In this document: positions 60,833 through 64,000 of the stretch, piece after piece
Layout of the letters: the number at the start of each line of letters is the position of its first letter
Position numbering within the stretch: the first letter of the stretch is position 1
Source of the DNA: an uncultured Gammaproteobacteria bacterium
GTDB lineage: Bacteria; Pseudomonadota; Gammaproteobacteria; JACCXJ01
Direction: 5' to 3'
Length of the DNA stretch: 64,000 bases
NCBI GenBank assembly: GCA_963764725.1
Contig: CAVXTM010000018.1
Span: 384,001-448,000, forward strand
Position numbers and translations under genes: made by a program
The notes under the pieces: generated by a model
Told to the model about the DNA's origin: nothing
Databases searched by the model: none
The model's input: the letters and a program-made list of their open reading frames with translations, nothing else

Positions 60833-62134
60833 ATGACATCCGACACGGTAACGATAACGGACAATACTACCGGCAAAACGATCGAATGTCCGGTTTATCG
60901 CGGCACTTACGGGCCTGCCGTCATCGATACCAAGCGCCTTTACAGCGAGCTTGGGATGTTTACCTTGGACCCCGGGTTCGTCACGACCGCAAGCTGCCGT
61001 AGCGCGATTACCTACCTTGACGGCGACAAGGGGATCTTGTTGTACCGCGGCTACCCGATTGAGCAATTGGCCGAGCACAGCCACTTCCTAGAAGTAGCGT
61101 ACCTACTGATTTATGGCGAACTGCCGACGGCTCGGCAAATGGCGGAATTCGATTCGTCCGTTAAAAAGCACAGCATGGTGCATGAGCACCTGATCAAGTT
61201 CTACGGCGGTTACCGCTACGACGCCCATCCGATGTCCATCATGGTCGGCGTGATCGGCGCGATGGCTTCTTATTACCACGATTCGATTGACATTTACGAC
61301 CAGGGTGACCGCGATGCGACCGCTCGCCGCATCCTGGCGAAGATGCCGAACATCGCTTCCAAGTGTTACAAGTATGGCGTCGGCCAGCCTTTTGTGTATC
61401 CCAACAACTCCCTGGGGTACATAGAAAACTTCATGCACATGATGTTCGCGCAGCCCTCGGAACCTCTTATCACCAATCCGGTCGCGGTATACGCTTTGGA
61501 TCTACTCTTCATCCTACACGCCGACCATGAGCAAAACGCCAGCACCTCCGCGGTTCGGCTTGCGGGGAGCACCGAGAGCAACCCCTATACCTGCATCGCG
61601 GCCGGCATCGCGACCTTGTGGGGGCGTGCACATGGCGGTGCAAACGAGGCGGTCGTGCATATGCTCGAAGAGATCCAGGATATTAAGAACGTACGAAAGT
61701 ACGTCGATCGGGCCAAGGACAAGGACGGATCGTATCGATTGATGGGATTCGGGCATCGCGTCTATAAGAATTACGACCCGCGCGCGGCGATTATCCGCAA
61801 GGCGTGTCACGCCGTCCTCGACGCAATGGGCGCGGGCGCGCATCGGCCTATGCTCGAGATCGCCGTGGAGCTGGAGCGCATCGCGCTTGAAGATGACTAT
61901 TTTATCGAGAGGAAGCTCTACCCGAACGTGGACTTTTACTCCGGGATCATTCTCAAGGCGCTCGAAATACCGACGCGTATGTTCACGGTGTTGTTCGCCA
62001 TAGCGCGGACCGCCGGATGGCTAGCTCAATGGATGGAGATGATCATGGATGCGGATTTCCGCATCGGACGGCCCCGTCAGATCTATATCGGTTCTGAAAC
62101 CAGGGACTATGTGCCGGTCGCAAAAAGAAACTAG
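60833..62134 (+). CDS. gltA: Citrate synthase (type II)
   Basis: [26 protein letters not shown] and YPNVDFYSG. Confidence 0.97.
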   Translation: MTSDTVTITDNTTGKTIECPVYRGTYGPAVIDTKRLYSELGMFTLDPGFVTTASCRSAITYLDGDKGILLYRGYPIEQLAEHSHFLEVAYLLIYGELPTARQMAEFDSSVKKHSMVHEHLIKFYGGYRYDAHPMSIMVGVIGAMASYYHDSIDIYDQGDRDATARRILAKMPNIASKCYKYGVGQPFVYPNNSLGYIENFMHMMFAQPSEPLITNPVAVYALDLLFILHADHEQNASTSAVRLAGSTESNPYTCIAAGIATLWGRAHGGANEAVVHMLEEIQDIKNVRKYVDRAKDKDGSYRLMGFGHRVYKNYDPRAAIIRKACHAVLDAMGAGAHRPMLEIAVELERIALEDDYFIERKLYPNVDFYSGIILKALEIPTRMFTVLFAIARTAGWLAQWMEMIMDADFRIGRPRQIYIGSETRDYVPVAKRN

Positions 62135-62145
62135 TCAGAATATTC

Positions 62146-62175
62146 TCGCCTGCGGGGTATGTACCCCGCAGGCGA
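62146..62175. terminator. Hairpin downstream of gltA
   Basis: TCGCCTGCGGGGTA-TG-TACCCCGCAGGCGA. Confidence 0.65.
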
Positions 62176-62272
62176 CCAAAAAGGGAGAGTTACACTACTC
62201 CCCTTTGGAAACCCCATTGCTAAGGTGCCCGCCGTAAATGGCGGGGTATTCCTGAATTAAGCGGGAGAACCA

Positions 62273-63256
62273 ATGACGCAGCCTTTGCAGATTACGGTCA
62301 CTGGGGCCGCCGGCCAGATAGGTTACGCATTGCTGTTTCGCATAGCCGCCGGAGAGATGCTGGGACGGGACCAGCGGGTATGCTTACGGCTACTGGACAT
62401 CACGCCCGCCTTGAAGGTGTTGGAAGGGGTGGTGATGGAGCTGATGGACTGCGCGTTTCCGCTCCTCGAAGACGTCGTCATTACCGATGATCCCAAGGTC
62501 GCGTTTCAAGCCACCTCCTATGCCTTGCTCGTGGGCGCCAGACCCCGTGGTCCCGGCATGGAGCGCAGCGATCTGCTCGCCGCGAACGGTGGGATATTTC
62601 AGATCCAAGGGCGAGCCCTCAATGAGCAAGCGCGGCGAGAGGTCAAGGTTCTGGTGGTCGGTAATCCAGCGAACACCAACGCGTTAACGGCAATGCAGAG
62701 CGCTCCGGACATCGATGCAAAGAACTTCTCCGCGCTGACGCGCTTGGATCACAATCGAGCCATCGCTCAGTTAGCGCAAAAGGCCGGCTGCAAGCTCACG
62801 GATATCAAGAAACTGGCCATTTGGGGGAATCACTCGACCACCCAGTATCCCGACATCAGTCACACCTTGATTCGCGGCCGGCCGGCTAAGGACTCGATAG
62901 AGCAGCGCTGGTTAACGGATGAATTCATTCCCCGGGTCGCGAAACGGGGAGCGGAGATTATCGCCGCACGCGGCGCCTCGAGCGCGGCATCAGCCGCGAA
63001 TGCGGCCATCGAGCACATGCGCGATTGGGTGATGGGAACCCCGGCGAATGATTGGACCAGCATGGCAGTTGCGAGTGACGGGAGCTATGGCATTGCGCCC
63101 GGTTTGATCTATTCGTTCCCGGTGACCACGCAGGACGGCGGCTACAGCATTGTCCAGGGTCTCAGCATCGATGAGTTTAGCCGCGCGCGCATGGAGATCA
63201 CCCGCAAGGAACTGGAAGAAGAACGGGACGCGGTCGAGAAGCTTTTGGCCGGTTGA
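62273..63256 (+). CDS. mdh: Malate dehydrogenase
   Basis: [26 protein letters not shown] and WGNHS. Confidence 0.96.
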   Translation: MTQPLQITVTGAAGQIGYALLFRIAAGEMLGRDQRVCLRLLDITPALKVLEGVVMELMDCAFPLLEDVVITDDPKVAFQATSYALLVGARPRGPGMERSDLLAANGGIFQIQGRALNEQARREVKVLVVGNPANTNALTAMQSAPDIDAKNFSALTRLDHNRAIAQLAQKAGCKLTDIKKLAIWGNHSTTQYPDISHTLIRGRPAKDSIEQRWLTDEFIPRVAKRGAEIIAARGASSAASAANAAIEHMRDWVMGTPANDWTSMAVASDGSYGIAPGLIYSFPVTTQDGGYSIVQGLSIDEFSRARMEITRKELEEERDAVEKLLAG

Positions 63257-63262
63257 TGCAAG

Positions 63263-63916
63263 CTAACGCAAGCTAATCACCGGCCAGCGATTGATGCTTG
63301 CCGCCTGCGCCAAGGTCGCGTCCGGATCCACCGCGACGGGATGTGTGACCGCATGCAGCAGCGGCAGGTCATTATGGGAATCGCTGTAGAACCAGGTCTC
63401 GGCATAGCTTTTCCCCTGCTTAACCAGCCAGTCGGATAAACGCGCCACCTTGCCGGCGCCAAAGGCCGGCGTTCCGCACACACGGCCGGAGTAGCGTCCG
63501 TCGATGATCTCCGGCTCGGTTGCGATGAGATGCTCGACGTCCAGTAATGCGGCGATGGGCTCGGTGAGAAATCGATTGGTGGCGGTGACGATGAGTAGCG
63601 TGTCACCCTTGGCGCGGTGAGTATGCAATAACGCTCGCGCTTTCGGAAGCATGATCGGCTTGATTTTTTGTTTGACATAGTTTGCCCGCCATGCGCGCAG
63701 CGTATCGGCATCATGCTGGGCCAAAATTTCCAACTGAAAACCCAGAAACGCGAAGATATCCAGCGCGCCGTTCAAGTAATCTCGGTAATACTGCTCATGG
63801 CGACGCTCATAATCGTCTTTTTGAACGATTCCTTCCTCGATCAAGAATTGGCCCCAGAGTGTGTCGCTGTCGCCGCCGATGAGCGTGTTATCAAGATCGA
63901 AAATTGCTAAAGTCAT
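63263..63916 (-). CDS. HAD-IB family phosphatase (SerB/histidinol-phosphatase-like)
   Basis: FDLDNTL, IVTATN and FYSDSHNDLPLL. Confidence 0.9.
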   Translation of the reverse strand: MTLAIFDLDNTLIGGDSDTLWGQFLIEEGIVQKDDYERRHEQYYRDYLNGALDIFAFLGFQLEILAQHDADTLRAWRANYVKQKIKPIMLPKARALLHTHRAKGDTLLIVTATNRFLTEPIAALLDVEHLIATEPEIIDGRYSGRVCGTPAFGAGKVARLSDWLVKQGKSYAETWFYSDSHNDLPLLHAVTHPVAVDPDATLAQAASINRWPVISLR

Positions 63917-64000
63917 TCCCTGCGACTAAGGAAATAAGTGTGTTAGAATTTCAAGCAACGTGTAAGCTTGCGAATTTACGGACGAATTCAATCGGATGCT

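Overview
A GC-rich chromosomal window from a Gammaproteobacterium; gene order and the class III PHA synthase are Chromatiales-like, but the lineage is not pinned down. Positions 1 to about 20.6 kb are an accessory region. It holds a VirA/VirG-like two-component locus with an orphan periplasmic binding protein and a duplicated 68-bp promoter module carrying vir-box-like motifs. It also holds a secreted beta-helix/RTX protein, plcP with a decayed glycosyltransferase partner, a dipeptide epimerase, an MCE lipoprotein, an effector-less ZorA/ZorB-like pair, a DinB with a catalytic E-to-K change, a three-gene RES-Xre toxin-antitoxin operon, a sensor-less sigma-54 activator, and several MITE/REP elements. 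Positions 20.6-64 kb are mostly core genes: fadIJ, a peptide ABC transporter, fabI, ppiD, tRNA-Asp/Val, hupB, lon-clpX-clpP-tig, tRNA-Leu, valS-holC-pepA, lptF and psd. They also include a large PHA cluster (phaEC, two phasins, pckG, phaA-phaB-phaR, and a phasin-fused, catalytically dead PhaB paralogue), sucAB-lpdA, gltA, mdh and a HAD phosphatase. The strongest novelty candidates are the phasin::pseudo-PhaB fusion, the VirA/VirG/ChvE-like regulon with vir-box-like promoters, the tripartite RES-Xre system, and the orphan ZorAB. All family assignments come from motif recognition by eye; no searches were run.
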